From: Abditibacterium sp.
Lineage (GTDB): Bacteria; Armatimonadota; Abditibacteriia; Abditibacteriales; Abditibacteriaceae
Reading direction: 5' to 3'
NCBI GenBank assembly: GCA_965246885.1
Contig: OZ251992.1
Coordinates: forward strand, 2,688,001-2,752,000
DNA length: 64,000 bases
Below are positions 18,529-28,480 of this stretch, piece by piece (position 1 is the first letter of the stretch; each line of letters begins with the position of its first letter). The notes under the pieces are model-generated. The model had not been told where the DNA came from and ran no database searches. It was given only the letters and a program-made list of their open reading frames with translations. The position numbers and the translations under genes are program-made.

Positions 18529-20214
18529 TTAGCGGCGCTGGAATTCGGGCGAACCCAGAACCAGCGCGCGTTCTTTGGCGCCGTCGCCGGGGTTGGCGGC
18601 AATTTCGCGGGCGATAGTGGCGCGGGTGGCGTCGCTCAGTTGGCCACCGAGCAACTCCGCCGACAGTTCATCGAGCGGCGCGGCGCGGTAGGTGTCCTTG
18701 CTGAGGCGCACATCTCCCACACCCCCGTTGGTGAGCGCGAGGGCGAAGTTCAAGCGGCCCACGATGGCGCCCGCCGACACCCACCCCGATGAGTCTTCGC
18801 TCCAACCGGTCGGCGGCAGGCAGGCAAAGACGGGCTGGCCAAGAGTAGCGATGTGAGCCGCGAGCGGGGCGCGCGCCCCGCCCCGTCCCCCGCCGTTGGC
18901 CTGCGTGCCGGACAGGGCGCCGATGAGCCGTAGGCGCGGCGAATCTTCGTCGGGCACGCTCAGTTGCCCGCCAAGCGCGCGCACTGCCGACACGGTGTAT
19001 TCAAAGGGCGACTTGATTTTGGCGCGATAAGCGCCTTGCGACAGAAATTCGGGAGACAAAAACAGCGCGCGGTAGACGGTGGGCAAGTCGCCCCGACTTT
19101 GCATCCATACCCCGGCCACCTTGTCCACAAGCGCGACGGGCGGCTGGTCGGCAACAAAGCGTTGGCACAGCTTTTGGGAAAGGAAGTGCGCGGTTTGAGG
19201 GGAGGCAGCGAGCATGTCGAGCACGTCTTCGCCGTCTTGTTCGCCGCCCGCGCGGAGAGTGCGGCCTAAGACGTGCTTTTCGCCGTCGTCGTGGAAGCGC
19301 GGGTGGAACTCGAAGGTCGCGCCGTCGCGGTCGACGCCCCAGCCGGTGAAGCAACGCGCGACTTCCGTCACGTCGGTTTGGGTGTAGCCGCCGTCCACGC
19401 CGACGGTGTGGAGTTCCATCAGTTCGCGCGCGTAGTTCTCGTTCAGTCCGCCCCGCGTTTGGCCCTGTTTGTTCTTGGTTTCTTTGGTGGAGCGCGCGTT
19501 GTCGAGGTAGACCAGCATCGCGGGCGAGTGGGCCGAGGCGCCCAGTAGTTCGCGGAAGGAGCCGAAGAGGTGCGGGCGGATGACCTCGCGGTCGTCGAGC
19601 ACCTTGAGGGTGCGGTCAACGTTTTTGCGCATGTCAACGTTGAAGTGGTTCGACCAAAAGTCGGCGAGCACTTCCTGCAACTGGCGCTTCGATTCGACAG
19701 CGCGCACGAGCTTGGCTTGCACTAACTCGCCCGCCGTTTGGACGGACACGCCGGGTTGAAAGCCTGCCGCTTGGAACTCTTGGGCGGCTTGCATTTGGCG
19801 GGCGTTGAGGGGCCGGTCGGCGCGCGGCACCTTGGCGTTGGCATCGGCGCCAGCCATTTGCTTTTGCAGGAAGCGGCGGATGGCGCCATTGTCGCCGCGA
19901 TACATGAGGGAGAGCTTGTTGGGTGACGACTGAATGAGCGTCATGCCCGCAAGGGTGGCATCAACGGCGGCATCGTCAATGGTGGCGGGGTGTAGTTGTG
20001 TTTCAATCCACGCGCGCACACCAGTCTTTTGCACGTCCTCGACTTGTCCGGGCGTCGGCCCGAACGCGAGGCGGTTCAAGACGTGCAACGCGGCGGGCGC
20101 CCCGACGAGCGGCTGGCGCCATGCGGCGTCGGTTTGCGGCGCGGCTTTGAGCGTGCAGGGCGCGGCGCACAGCGCGAGAAACAGGGACAAGCGACGGGCG
20201 GAAGTGGATGACAT
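18529..20214 (-). CDS. DUF1800 family protein
   Basis: HVLNRLAFGP, FWSNHF, YLDN, NENYARELMELHT, VARCFTGW, SPEFQRR; canonical pair with DUF1501. Confidence 0.9.
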   Translation of the reverse strand: MSSTSARRLSLFLALCAAPCTLKAAPQTDAAWRQPLVGAPAALHVLNRLAFGPTPGQVEDVQKTGVRAWIETQLHPATIDDAAVDATLAGMTLIQSSPNKLSLMYRGDNGAIRRFLQKQMAGADANAKVPRADRPLNARQMQAAQEFQAAGFQPGVSVQTAGELVQAKLVRAVESKRQLQEVLADFWSNHFNVDMRKNVDRTLKVLDDREVIRPHLFGSFRELLGASAHSPAMLVYLDNARSTKETKNKQGQTRGGLNENYARELMELHTVGVDGGYTQTDVTEVARCFTGWGVDRDGATFEFHPRFHDDGEKHVLGRTLRAGGEQDGEDVLDMLAASPQTAHFLSQKLCQRFVADQPPVALVDKVAGVWMQSRGDLPTVYRALFLSPEFLSQGAYRAKIKSPFEYTVSAVRALGGQLSVPDEDSPRLRLIGALSGTQANGGGRGGARAPLAAHIATLGQPVFACLPPTGWSEDSSGWVSAGAIVGRLNFALALTNGGVGDVRLSKDTYRAAPLDELSAELLGGQLSDATRATIAREIAANPGDGAKERALVLGSPEFQRR

Positions 20215-20292
20215 GAGGAGAACGGATTCGGCGCGGAAAGGCAAACCGGAAGTAGGGAGTGCAGGAGAAAGCCTGCACTCCCTACTTCTCAC

Positions 20293-20649
20293 TTAGCCCG
20301 CAGGGGCGAGGGTTTTCACGCGTGGGGCTTTGAGTTGCGCGGCGCTTAGACCAGTGACGCGGGTGATTTCGTCTTGAAACTGCGCGTCGGCGGCTTTGAC
20401 GGCGGTGCGGTGGGTGTCGGCGGCGGCGTCGAGCTTGGCTTTTTGGTCGGCAGAAAGCGGCTTGCCGAGCGCGGCCTCGATCTTCTCTTGCATTCTGGTG
20501 GTTAGGCCGCTTCTGGATTTACGCCCGCGCTTGACCTTCTTGGTCGTGGGCGCGGCGGCGGGTTGCGGCTGAGCGAGGGCAAAGTGCGAGGCGCCCAACA
20601 GGGACAGGGACAATGCGACGGCGAGTTTGGGTTTCAAAGAGGTAAACAT
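20293..20649 (-). CDS. Small secreted basic helical protein
   Basis: Signal peptide MFTSLKPKLAVALSLSLLGASHFALA; same strand, upstream of DUF1800. Confidence 0.7.
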   Translation of the reverse strand: MFTSLKPKLAVALSLSLLGASHFALAQPQPAAAPTTKKVKRGRKSRSGLTTRMQEKIEAALGKPLSADQKAKLDAAADTHRTAVKAADAQFQDEITRVTGLSAAQLKAPRVKTLAPAG

Positions 20650-20763
20650 TGGCAAAGGTGCTTCCGCGATAGAGTGGAAGACGGGCGTTTTGACGGCCCT
20701 GCCCGCCCCCCAGTTGCGCCCTAAAACGCCCGCGCACTTGGGGATGTCCTCAAACTCAAGGGC

Positions 20764-21429
20764 ATGAAAGACGCCTTGGCCCACCTCGATGCCCTCGCGG
20801 GCGAGGCGCGGGGGAAAGTGCCCCAGCCCACCATCGAGCGCCTGTCGGCTTACCTCCAGTGCGTGCGCGAACTGCGCGCGCAAAGCCGCGACACCGCGTC
20901 CAGCGCAGCCATCGCGCGGCGCACCGGCATCAACGCCGCGCAACTGCGCAAAGACCTCAGCTACTTCGGCGAGTTCGGCACCCCCGGCTTGGGCTATGAC
21001 CTGCGCGCCTTGGAAGGGCAACTGGCGCGCATCATGGGACTCGACGAGGAGCGCGACGTGCTCCTGATGGGCGCCGGAAACTTGGGCCGCGCGCTGTCGA
21101 GCTACACCGGCTTTGGCAAGCGCGGCTTTCGCATCGTGGCGGCCTTCGATTTGGACACTTCCAAAGTGGGCACGCCCTTGGGCGACATCCCTGTCTACCA
21201 CGCGCAGGAGCTTTCCCGACGCAACGCGAAGCTGGGCGCGCAAGTGGGTCTCGTCGCCGTGCCATCGGGCGCGGCGCAAGAGGCAGTGGATGCCTTGGTC
21301 GCGGCGGGCGTGCGCGCCATACTCAACTTTGCGCCCACTAACATTGGTGTGCGCCCCGGCATCACGGTGCGCAACGTGGACTTGACGAGTCAGATGGAGA
21401 TTCTCTCCTTCTATCTGCGGCACGGCTGA
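20764..21429 (+). CDS. rex: Redox-sensing transcriptional repressor Rex
   Basis: PTIERLSAY, QLRKDLSYFGEFGTPGLGY, GAGNLG, ILNFAP. Confidence 0.96.
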   Translation: MKDALAHLDALAGEARGKVPQPTIERLSAYLQCVRELRAQSRDTASSAAIARRTGINAAQLRKDLSYFGEFGTPGLGYDLRALEGQLARIMGLDEERDVLLMGAGNLGRALSSYTGFGKRGFRIVAAFDLDTSKVGTPLGDIPVYHAQELSRRNAKLGAQVGLVAVPSGAAQEAVDALVAAGVRAILNFAPTNIGVRPGITVRNVDLTSQMEILSFYLRHG

Positions 21430-21588
21430 GGCGACTTGTCACACTTGCGCGCCCGGACACGCCCCGAAGCGGCTAAAGCGATTAGCGTTTGAGTGTTTCG
21501 CGCGGGGAAGTGGGGCGTCGAGAGCATATTTCCAGACGGCGTGCGAGGACAGAATGACGGCGCAATGATTGCGACACGGACTTTTCAG

Positions 21589-22812
21589 ATGAGCTATTCC
21601 AACGGACATTCCCCTGCGCCCCCCACGCTTGCGCCCCCGGCAACTCAGCCGGATTTGGGCCGCGCGCTCGAAGAAGCGATGGAAATCTCGGCGCGGCGCG
21701 GCGCCCCGCTCTCGTCCGTTGTGGCGCAGGCGTCGGCGCAGTTCGACGGGCCGCCCGGTGGGAACCTCATCAAAACGCCCGTCCCGCACCCATCAGAACT
21801 TCCCGCGCACGTGTTGGAGGGCCTCCGGCAAGTGGACATCATGAAGTCGCTCGCGCCGCTTGCGCCCGCCATGAAAGATGTCGAGCGAGAGATAGAGCGC
21901 CTCATCACCACACCCGTGAAGTTGGTTGCCGACATAGCCGGACACGTGCTTGGGGCAGGCGGCAAGCGGCTCCGGCCCGCGCTGACGCTACTGAGTGCGC
22001 AGATGTGCGGCGACGACGCCGATGAACCCGCCGCCCGCGCCGTGACATGCGCCGCCTTGGTCGAACTGACGCATACCACGACGCTCCTGCATGACGACGT
22101 GGTGGACGGTGCGACCATGCGGCGCGGCAAGCCCGCCGCGAACCTCGTGTGGGGCAACGAAACGAGCGTTTTGGTCGGTGATTACCTCTTCGCGCAAGTC
22201 TTCGTGACGGCTTCCAAGCGCGGCATCGCCGAACTGATGCACCCCCTCGCGCACGCGACGGCCCAGATGTGCGCGGGTGAACTCTTAGAAACGCAGATGC
22301 GCGGCTTTTGGGAAATGAGCGAGCGCCAATACCTCGACATCGTGGCGCTCAAGACTGGTGCCCTCACCGAGTGCTCGTGTCGCATGGGCGCCCTTGCCGT
22401 TGACGCGAGCGAAGCGCAAGCCGAAGCCTTGGGCACCTTTGGCCGCTCGATTGGCGTGGCGTTCCAGATTGTGGACGACGTGTTTGACGTTGTGCTCGAA
22501 GAGGAGCAAGTCGGCAAGCCCGTCGGCAACGACCTGCGCGAAGGCGCCATCACACTCCCCATGCTCCGCACCCTCGAACTGTCGCCCTATAGCGAGGAGT
22601 TCCGCGCCATCTTGGGCAAAGAGGAAAAGACCGACGAGGACGTGGCGCGCGCCATCGAAATCATGCGCGACGGCGACGGCGCCCTTTCTTCCATGCAGAC
22701 CGCGCGCGGCTACGTTGAAGCCGCCAAGAGCGTGCTCGCCAACTTCCCGAACGGCCCTGCCAAAGAGATGCTCTGCGACATCGCCGATTACGTCCTCGCG
22801 CGCAAAAAGTAG
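21589..22812 (+). CDS. Polyprenyl diphosphate synthase (IspB/HepT-like)
   Basis: GGKRLRP, LLHDDVVD..RRG, FQIVDDVFD, GKPVGNDLREG; start uncertain. Confidence 0.93.
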   Translation: MSYSNGHSPAPPTLAPPATQPDLGRALEEAMEISARRGAPLSSVVAQASAQFDGPPGGNLIKTPVPHPSELPAHVLEGLRQVDIMKSLAPLAPAMKDVEREIERLITTPVKLVADIAGHVLGAGGKRLRPALTLLSAQMCGDDADEPAARAVTCAALVELTHTTTLLHDDVVDGATMRRGKPAANLVWGNETSVLVGDYLFAQVFVTASKRGIAELMHPLAHATAQMCAGELLETQMRGFWEMSERQYLDIVALKTGALTECSCRMGALAVDASEAQAEALGTFGRSIGVAFQIVDDVFDVVLEEEQVGKPVGNDLREGAITLPMLRTLELSPYSEEFRAILGKEEKTDEDVARAIEIMRDGDGALSSMQTARGYVEAAKSVLANFPNGPAKEMLCDIADYVLARKK

Positions 22813-23228
22813 CGCCGGTTCCACCACGCCCCCGCCACCAGCGCGCCGACCCAATACGCGGCGACATCGCCCCAATCGCCCACGCTCGCGTGCCACGACT
22901 GCGGGATGAACCTCGGCCCCAGCCCCTCGAGCAAGACCGAGCAAAGCGCGGTGGTAATGATTACCTCCCGCCACGTCGGGGCACCCCGTGTTCCGCGCAA
23001 TCCCAGCCGCTCGCGCATCCACAAATACGGCGGGAGGGCGGCGGGCAGAAAGAGGGTGTCGTCGAAATGCTCGTAAAGAAACGGGAGGTGCGCCCCGAAG
23101 TGCCGGATGAGCAAGAAGCGGTTGACGACGTACAGCGCCCAACTCCCCACGCAAACCGGGTCGCGCCAGAACGAATAAACGCCGCGCGAAGGTTGGACTT
23201 CGCGCGGCGCCGGAAGGGTGTCGGGCAT
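22788..23228 (-). CDS. Hypothetical membrane protein
   Basis: Several hydrophobic segments; GDWGDVAAYWVG. Confidence 0.6.
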   Translation of the reverse strand: MPDTLPAPREVQPSRGVYSFWRDPVCVGSWALYVVNRFLLIRHFGAHLPFLYEHFDDTLFLPAALPPYLWMRERLGLRGTRGAPTWREVIITTALCSVLLEGLGPRFIPQSWHASVGDWGDVAAYWVGALVAGAWWNRRYFLRART

Positions 23229-23382
23229 CAGGAAAAGAAGTAAATCGCGCCGCCAAACGCCAAGGCAAGGGCAGCCTCCGCCAACCACTTCTTCGTTCCG
23301 GTGAGAGTAATTTTCATCAAAGGGGCAGACGAGCAAACCGCGTGTCAGGCGCGCCCGGATTGTGTGGGAGTGTTCTGAGGTT

Positions 23383-24225
23383 TCACCCCGCCCCCTTGGG
23401 AACCGGCGCGGGCCACGCCTTGAACCGCAGCTTTTGCCCGACTTTCACTTTGGCGATGTCGAACGGCTCGATTCGGAACGCGAGCGGCCAATGACGTCCC
23501 GCGCTCACGCGACCTGTGACGACGGCGCGACCAGAAGGAAATGTCGTTGTGGAACTCGCATCGAATGACACAACGCGCGTTGTTGGTGTGGGCTGCTTTG
23601 CGACAGTACCCCATGACACGCTACATGTCGAACTTCCAACAGAGGACTCGAACGAGTTGTCCGTAGCCACCGCGCCGTCGGCCAAATCAAACGTCACATC
23701 AGCGTCCACCGTGGTCCGGGGACTTCCCGCCCACACTTGTCGCACTGTGACAGAGCGAATGGAGACCATTGGCGCACGGGCAACTTGGGAGAAGGGGAAT
23801 GGGCGCACTTGCGTCCGGTCGAGTGGCCAGAACTGCTTTTTGTCGAGGGTGAGGTCTGGGTATTTGTGGGTTGAGTATTGGAGGACAAAGCGAAGCGGGC
23901 CTTGCGGGACATCTTTCAACGTCACAGGATAGCGCATCATCTCGCCTGAGTCCCATGTGCCTACGCACCAACGCATCTGCTCACTGACTCTTTGCCACCG
24001 TCTCCCAGTGTTCACTTCCAGCATTGGGCCGCTTACATAGCCGCGCTTGTTCGTCACGACAATCACCGCATCGCCGCCCTGCCACGCTTCCAGCGTCGTT
24101 GGCGCCTCGACGTGCATTTGCATCCCCGACGCACCCCCGCGCCGCGATAAGACGAACCCCGCCACGCCCACCACCACGAGCGGGGAACAAAGGAGTGCCA
24201 TCTCGCGTGCGGCAAAGCGTTTCAT
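23383..24225 (-). CDS. Hypothetical membrane-anchored beta-rich protein
   Basis: N-terminal TM (LLCSPLVVVGVAGFVL); divergent from aspS. Confidence 0.65.
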   Translation of the reverse strand: MKRFAAREMALLCSPLVVVGVAGFVLSRRGGASGMQMHVEAPTTLEAWQGGDAVIVVTNKRGYVSGPMLEVNTGRRWQRVSEQMRWCVGTWDSGEMMRYPVTLKDVPQGPLRFVLQYSTHKYPDLTLDKKQFWPLDRTQVRPFPFSQVARAPMVSIRSVTVRQVWAGSPRTTVDADVTFDLADGAVATDNSFESSVGSSTCSVSWGTVAKQPTPTTRVVSFDASSTTTFPSGRAVVTGRVSAGRHWPLAFRIEPFDIAKVKVGQKLRFKAWPAPVPKGAG

Positions 24226-24285
24226 GGCGAGAGTGTAGGAAGCGGCGCCAAAGGGCGGCTTTATACTCCCCGCTCCTTACATCCA

Positions 24286-26100
24286 ATGCAACGCACTCAT
24301 TTTTGCGGCGAACTGCGCGCGGCTCACATCGGGCAAAGCGTGACGCTGTGCGGGTGGGCGAACACCGTCCGCGACCAATCGCACCAAAACTTCATTGACC
24401 TGCGCGACCGCTCCGGCATCGTGCAAATCGTCGCCGACTCCGACATCAACGCCCACGTGTTCCGCTCGCTCGACCCCGTGCGCTCGGAGTTCTGCCTGCA
24501 AATCACCGGCGAAGTCGTGGCACGCGTCGCGGGCAAAGAGAACCCGAAGCTCGCGTCGGGCGAGGTCGAAGTGCGCGTGGACAAGGCCGAAATCCTCAAC
24601 ACCAGCAAGCCGCTTCCCTTTGAAATCGCGGGCGGGCAAACCGCATCTGAGGAGGTGCGCTTGCAATACCGCTATCTCGATATGCGCCGCACGCCCGTGC
24701 GCGACATTCTGGAGATGCGCTACAAACTGGCGCGCGAAACGCGGCGCTTCCTTGATGGCGAGGGTTTCTGGGAAGTCGAAACGCCGCTCCTGTGGAAGTC
24801 CACGCCCGAAGGCGCGCGCGAGTACGTCGTGCCCGTGCGCACCCACCCCGGCAAGGGCTTCGTGCTGCCCCAAAGTCCGCAGATTTGCAAACAGCTACTG
24901 ATGGTCGGCGGCGTCGAAAAATACTTCCAAATCGCCAAGTGCTTCCGCGACGAATCGAGCCGCGCCGACCGCCAGCCCGAATTTACGCAGATAGACATCG
25001 AGATGAGCTTCGTCGGGCAAGACGACGTGTTGGAACTGACCGAGCGCCTCTTTCAACACCTGATGCGCGAAGTGAAGGGGATGGAGATCGCGCTCCCCTT
25101 TCCGCGCCTCTCCTACGCCGATTCCATGCGCCGCTATGGAACCGACAAGCCCGACACCCGCTTTGGCATGGAGTTAGTCGAACTGACGGATTTAGTCGTG
25201 GACTCCGGCTTCAAAGTCTTCACGAACGCCATCGCGTCGGGCGGGCAAGTGAAGGCGATTTGCGCCCCCGGCGTCGCGGCTTACAGCCGCAAGGAAGTGG
25301 ACGACCTGACCGAGTTCGTCAAGCGGTTCGGCGCGCGCGGCTTGGCGACGTTCGCGCTCGGCGAGTCGGAAATCAAGTCCAACGTCGCCAAGTTCTTTAG
25401 CGAAGACCAGATGCGCGCCATCTTCGAGCGGTGCGGTGCCAAAGCGGGCGACTTGGTTCTCGTTGTCGCCGACAAGCCGTCCGTCGTCGCGCAGTCGCTC
25501 GACTTTTTGCGCCGCGAAATGGCGAAACGTTTGGGTCTCATCCCGTCCGGCACTTTCAACTTCTTGTGGATCGTGGACACGCCGATGTTTGAATACGATG
25601 GGGAAAAGGGCGGCTTCGACGCGGCGCACCACCCGTTCTGCTTGCCCAATCCCGCCGATATGCACTTGGTCGAAGAGGGCTTCACGACGAACTTGTCGCA
25701 CGGCGACGCGCTGCATCCTTGGGCGCTCGTGCGCGCGTGGCTTTATGACCTCGTTCTGAACGGCTTCGAGTTGGCGAGCGGCTCGATTCGCTGTCACCGC
25801 CGCGAGATACAATCGAAGATATTCCAAATCATCGGCCTGCCCGAAGAGGTCGCGCAGGAACGCTTCGGCTTTATGCTCGACGCTTTTGAATACGGCGCGC
25901 CCCCGCACGGCGGCATCGCCCCCGGCTTCGACCGCGTGATGGCCCTCTTAGCCGAAATCCCCGACGGCAACATCCGCGAGGTTATCCCTTTCCCCAAAAC
26001 AAGCGGCGGTCAAGACCCCCTGTCCGGCGCCCCCACCGAAATCCCCCTCGAACGCTGGAGCGAAATGGGCTTGCAAGTCGTGGCGCGCGAGGAAGAATAA
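24286..26100 (+). CDS. aspS: Aspartate--tRNA ligase
   Basis: MQRTHFCGEL, FIDLRD, STPEGARE, LPQSPQ, FRDE..RADRQPEFTQ, YGTDKPD, GAPPHGG. Confidence 0.97.
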   Translation: MQRTHFCGELRAAHIGQSVTLCGWANTVRDQSHQNFIDLRDRSGIVQIVADSDINAHVFRSLDPVRSEFCLQITGEVVARVAGKENPKLASGEVEVRVDKAEILNTSKPLPFEIAGGQTASEEVRLQYRYLDMRRTPVRDILEMRYKLARETRRFLDGEGFWEVETPLLWKSTPEGAREYVVPVRTHPGKGFVLPQSPQICKQLLMVGGVEKYFQIAKCFRDESSRADRQPEFTQIDIEMSFVGQDDVLELTERLFQHLMREVKGMEIALPFPRLSYADSMRRYGTDKPDTRFGMELVELTDLVVDSGFKVFTNAIASGGQVKAICAPGVAAYSRKEVDDLTEFVKRFGARGLATFALGESEIKSNVAKFFSEDQMRAIFERCGAKAGDLVLVVADKPSVVAQSLDFLRREMAKRLGLIPSGTFNFLWIVDTPMFEYDGEKGGFDAAHHPFCLPNPADMHLVEEGFTTNLSHGDALHPWALVRAWLYDLVLNGFELASGSIRCHRREIQSKIFQIIGLPEEVAQERFGFMLDAFEYGAPPHGGIAPGFDRVMALLAEIPDGNIREVIPFPKTSGGQDPLSGAPTEIPLERWSEMGLQVVAREEE

Positions 26101-26108
26101 AAGCAGGA

Positions 26109-26140
26109 GGCGCCGCCCGGTTTGAGTTCGGGCGGCGCCG
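26109..26140. terminator. GC stem-loop between convergent genes
   Basis: GGCGCCGCCCG-loop-CGGGCGGCGCC. Confidence 0.65.
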
Positions 26141-26141
26141 T

Positions 26142-27623
26142 TCAGAATTGCAGCCCGTCATCCGTCAAGCGGACGCGGTCGGGTTCGACGCCGAGCAGTT
26201 TTTGCATTGCGGCTCCGGCGGCGCGGGCGTTTTGGGCATCGGTAGCCGAGCCGGTGCGCGCCGCTTCGCCGTTGAGCGCGCCAACAAGGGTGGCGGTGAG
26301 AATGGCGCTTTCATACACCAATTGCTTGTCGCGCGCGGAGCGCGCGGCGAAGTCGGCGTCGTTTCCCAAGCGCAGGGCGACTTGCCGAAACAAGCCTTGC
26401 AGGTTCGTCGGCGTGAAACCGGCCTGCGAGATGTTGCCGGATGTGGTTTTCGAGGCGGTGTAAATCGTCAAAAAAGCGTAAGTCAAGGCGTCGGCGACGC
26501 TTTCTTTTCCCTTGCGCGCGCCGAAGATTGAATGCATGCGCTCGCGGCCCGTAGCAAGAAACCGCGCGTAGTTGGCGCGCACCCCGGCGCGGTGTAACGG
26601 CTCTTCGCGCGCGCTGAGCACGTCGGGCAACAGGTCATCGCCGCGCGCAAACAGCGTGCGTTCGACCGCCTGTTCTGGAGTCAGAGATACAGAAGTGGTG
26701 CGCGGCGGCGCAGCGACGGCGGCGCGTTGGCTGGCGGCGGGTTTGACAGAAGCGGGCCGCACCGCAATGCGCGCGGGAGCAACCGGAGCTTTGGCGCGCG
26801 TAGGCTTTGCGGCGGCGAAAGGCGCGAGCGTTTGCAGCGCGTTGTCGGCGTCGCGCTGTTTTTTGTTGTCGCTTGTCCAATAGGCGTCGAGGAAATCTCC
26901 CCCGGTTTTGCGCGCAATGGCCAGCCGTCCGGCGTCGCCCCGGCGTGCGCCCTCGCGGCGCTCGTACGCGGCCCAACTGCCCGACAGCATGATCTCCTCG
27001 TACTTCTGTTGCTTTTCAAGGGTGGAAAAGCCTTGATAGTTGGCGTCCCGGAGCCACACGCGCCGAAAGTCGTGGCTCATGCGCGCCCAACCCGCGTTGT
27101 TGATGCGCTTCCCAGAGTATCCTTCGGCGCTCAGCACAAACGCGAGCGCCATCATGTCGGCCATGTCGCCCAAGCGGGCGCCGCGCGCTTTGGCTTCTTG
27201 CTTCCAAATCGTGCTTTGTGCGAGCCACTCTTGATAAGCGCCCGCGCGCCCGCGTTTGGGGTCGGCTTTGGCCCAGCCGTCGAGCCAACTGCTAACAGGC
27301 GCTGCGCGCATGGGAAACGAAACGAAAGCGCGTCCGCGCGCAATCAGCGCCCGTCCACGCGCTTCGCGCGCTTTGGTTTGGCGTGCGGCGACGAGTTGGC
27401 GCCGCGCCATGTCGTTCAGGAAGATTTGCGTCATGGCGTTGCTCATCGCCATGTTGTTCTGGATCATCTGATCCATCTTGGCGCCCGATTCCGAGTAGAA
27501 CGAGCCGCCGCTTTGATTGGTAAACAGGCCGTTGGCGTTTTGCGTGACGATTTGCGCGCGGCCTTGACCGGCGCAGGCTCCCAACAAAAGCAGGACGGCG
27601 ACACTTTGAGTGAATAAACGCAT
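26142..27623 (-). CDS. Secreted protein with two DUF6683-like helical domains
   Basis: Signal peptide MRLFTQSVAVLLLLGACAGQGRA; duplicated motif (ADMMALAF...EKQQKYE / ADALTYAF...DKQLVYE). Confidence 0.65.
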   Translation of the reverse strand: MRLFTQSVAVLLLLGACAGQGRAQIVTQNANGLFTNQSGGSFYSESGAKMDQMIQNNMAMSNAMTQIFLNDMARRQLVAARQTKAREARGRALIARGRAFVSFPMRAAPVSSWLDGWAKADPKRGRAGAYQEWLAQSTIWKQEAKARGARLGDMADMMALAFVLSAEGYSGKRINNAGWARMSHDFRRVWLRDANYQGFSTLEKQQKYEEIMLSGSWAAYERREGARRGDAGRLAIARKTGGDFLDAYWTSDNKKQRDADNALQTLAPFAAAKPTRAKAPVAPARIAVRPASVKPAASQRAAVAAPPRTTSVSLTPEQAVERTLFARGDDLLPDVLSAREEPLHRAGVRANYARFLATGRERMHSIFGARKGKESVADALTYAFLTIYTASKTTSGNISQAGFTPTNLQGLFRQVALRLGNDADFAARSARDKQLVYESAILTATLVGALNGEAARTGSATDAQNARAAGAAMQKLLGVEPDRVRLTDDGLQF

Positions 27624-27712
27624 GTGGGTGGTAAAACGCGCTTTAGACGCTAAAACAGGGCGCGAGTCGCTTCGCTTTTCCCCTTGATCGCGTGGGGCGC
27701 GAAGTAGGCGCC

Positions 27713-28480
27713 TCATGGGGCGCCGCGTTCGGGCATGAGGACGGTTTGGAGACCCCGGTCGCGGGCGGATTTGATGATCATGGGAAGGGCTTGAGGCGTA
27801 CCGGTGCCGCCGTCGTGGAGGAGGATGATGTCGCCGGGTTCGAGATGCGTTTGCACGCCGTAGGCGATCTTCCACGCGGGCGGGCACGTCCAGTCGCCGA
27901 CGTTGTTGCTCCACCACGCGAGGGTGTCGCCGTGCTCGTAGAGGTAGCGCATCGCGTCGCGGTCGAGGCCGCCGCCAGGCGGACGGAACAGATGGGTGAC
28001 TGGCCCTTCTTTGCCTGCGTCGCGGCGAGTGCGCTCGATGGACGCAAAACCCGCGTCTATGTGCGCAGGGAAGTCGCTTTGCGCGATGGTGGTGAGGTTG
28101 TGGTGCGGCTCGGAGTGGTTGCCCAAGGTGTGCCCGTCTGCGAGCAGGCGGCGCCCCAGTTCGGGGTAAAGGCGCAAGTTGGCGCCGATACAAAAGAAGG
28201 TGGCGCGCACGCCCGACCGCTTAAGCGAGGCCAGCAGGAGCGGGGTGGTGAGCGGGTGCGGCGCGTCGTCGAAGGTGACGCAGATGTCTTGCGAGCCGCG
28301 TCGCAAGTGCTCTTCGTGGCGCAGGAACAGCATGGGAGCGGGCGGTCGCCACGCGAAGTAACCGCCCCAGAGTGCAACGGCGAGGGTGCCAAACGCGACG
28401 GCGCGCGGCCACTTCGGGCGCGGCTTTGTCGGCGCTTGTTCGAGAGGAACGGGAACGGGAGCAGGAGCGGTGGAGGTCAT
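27713..28480 (-). CDS. Polysaccharide deacetylase (CE4/NodB)
   Basis: TFDDAP, ATFF, GNHSEPH, FRPPGG, ILLHDG; N-terminal TM. Confidence 0.92.
   Translation of the reverse strand: MTSTAPAPVPVPLEQAPTKPRPKWPRAVAFGTLAVALWGGYFAWRPPAPMLFLRHEEHLRRGSQDICVTFDDAPHPLTTPLLLASLKRSGVRATFFCIGANLRLYPELGRRLLADGHTLGNHSEPHHNLTTIAQSDFPAHIDAGFASIERTRRDAGKEGPVTHLFRPPGGGLDRDAMRYLYEHGDTLAWWSNNVGDWTCPPAWKIAYGVQTHLEPGDIILLHDGGTGTPQALPMIIKSARDRGLQTVLMPERGAP

Noticed and set aside
20293..21423. 376-aa ORF as listed in the track (similarly extended starts for 26142..28193, 34430..35356, 11785..13410)
   Set aside because: The extensions overlap real genes on the other strand; downstream ATGs give coherent proteins.
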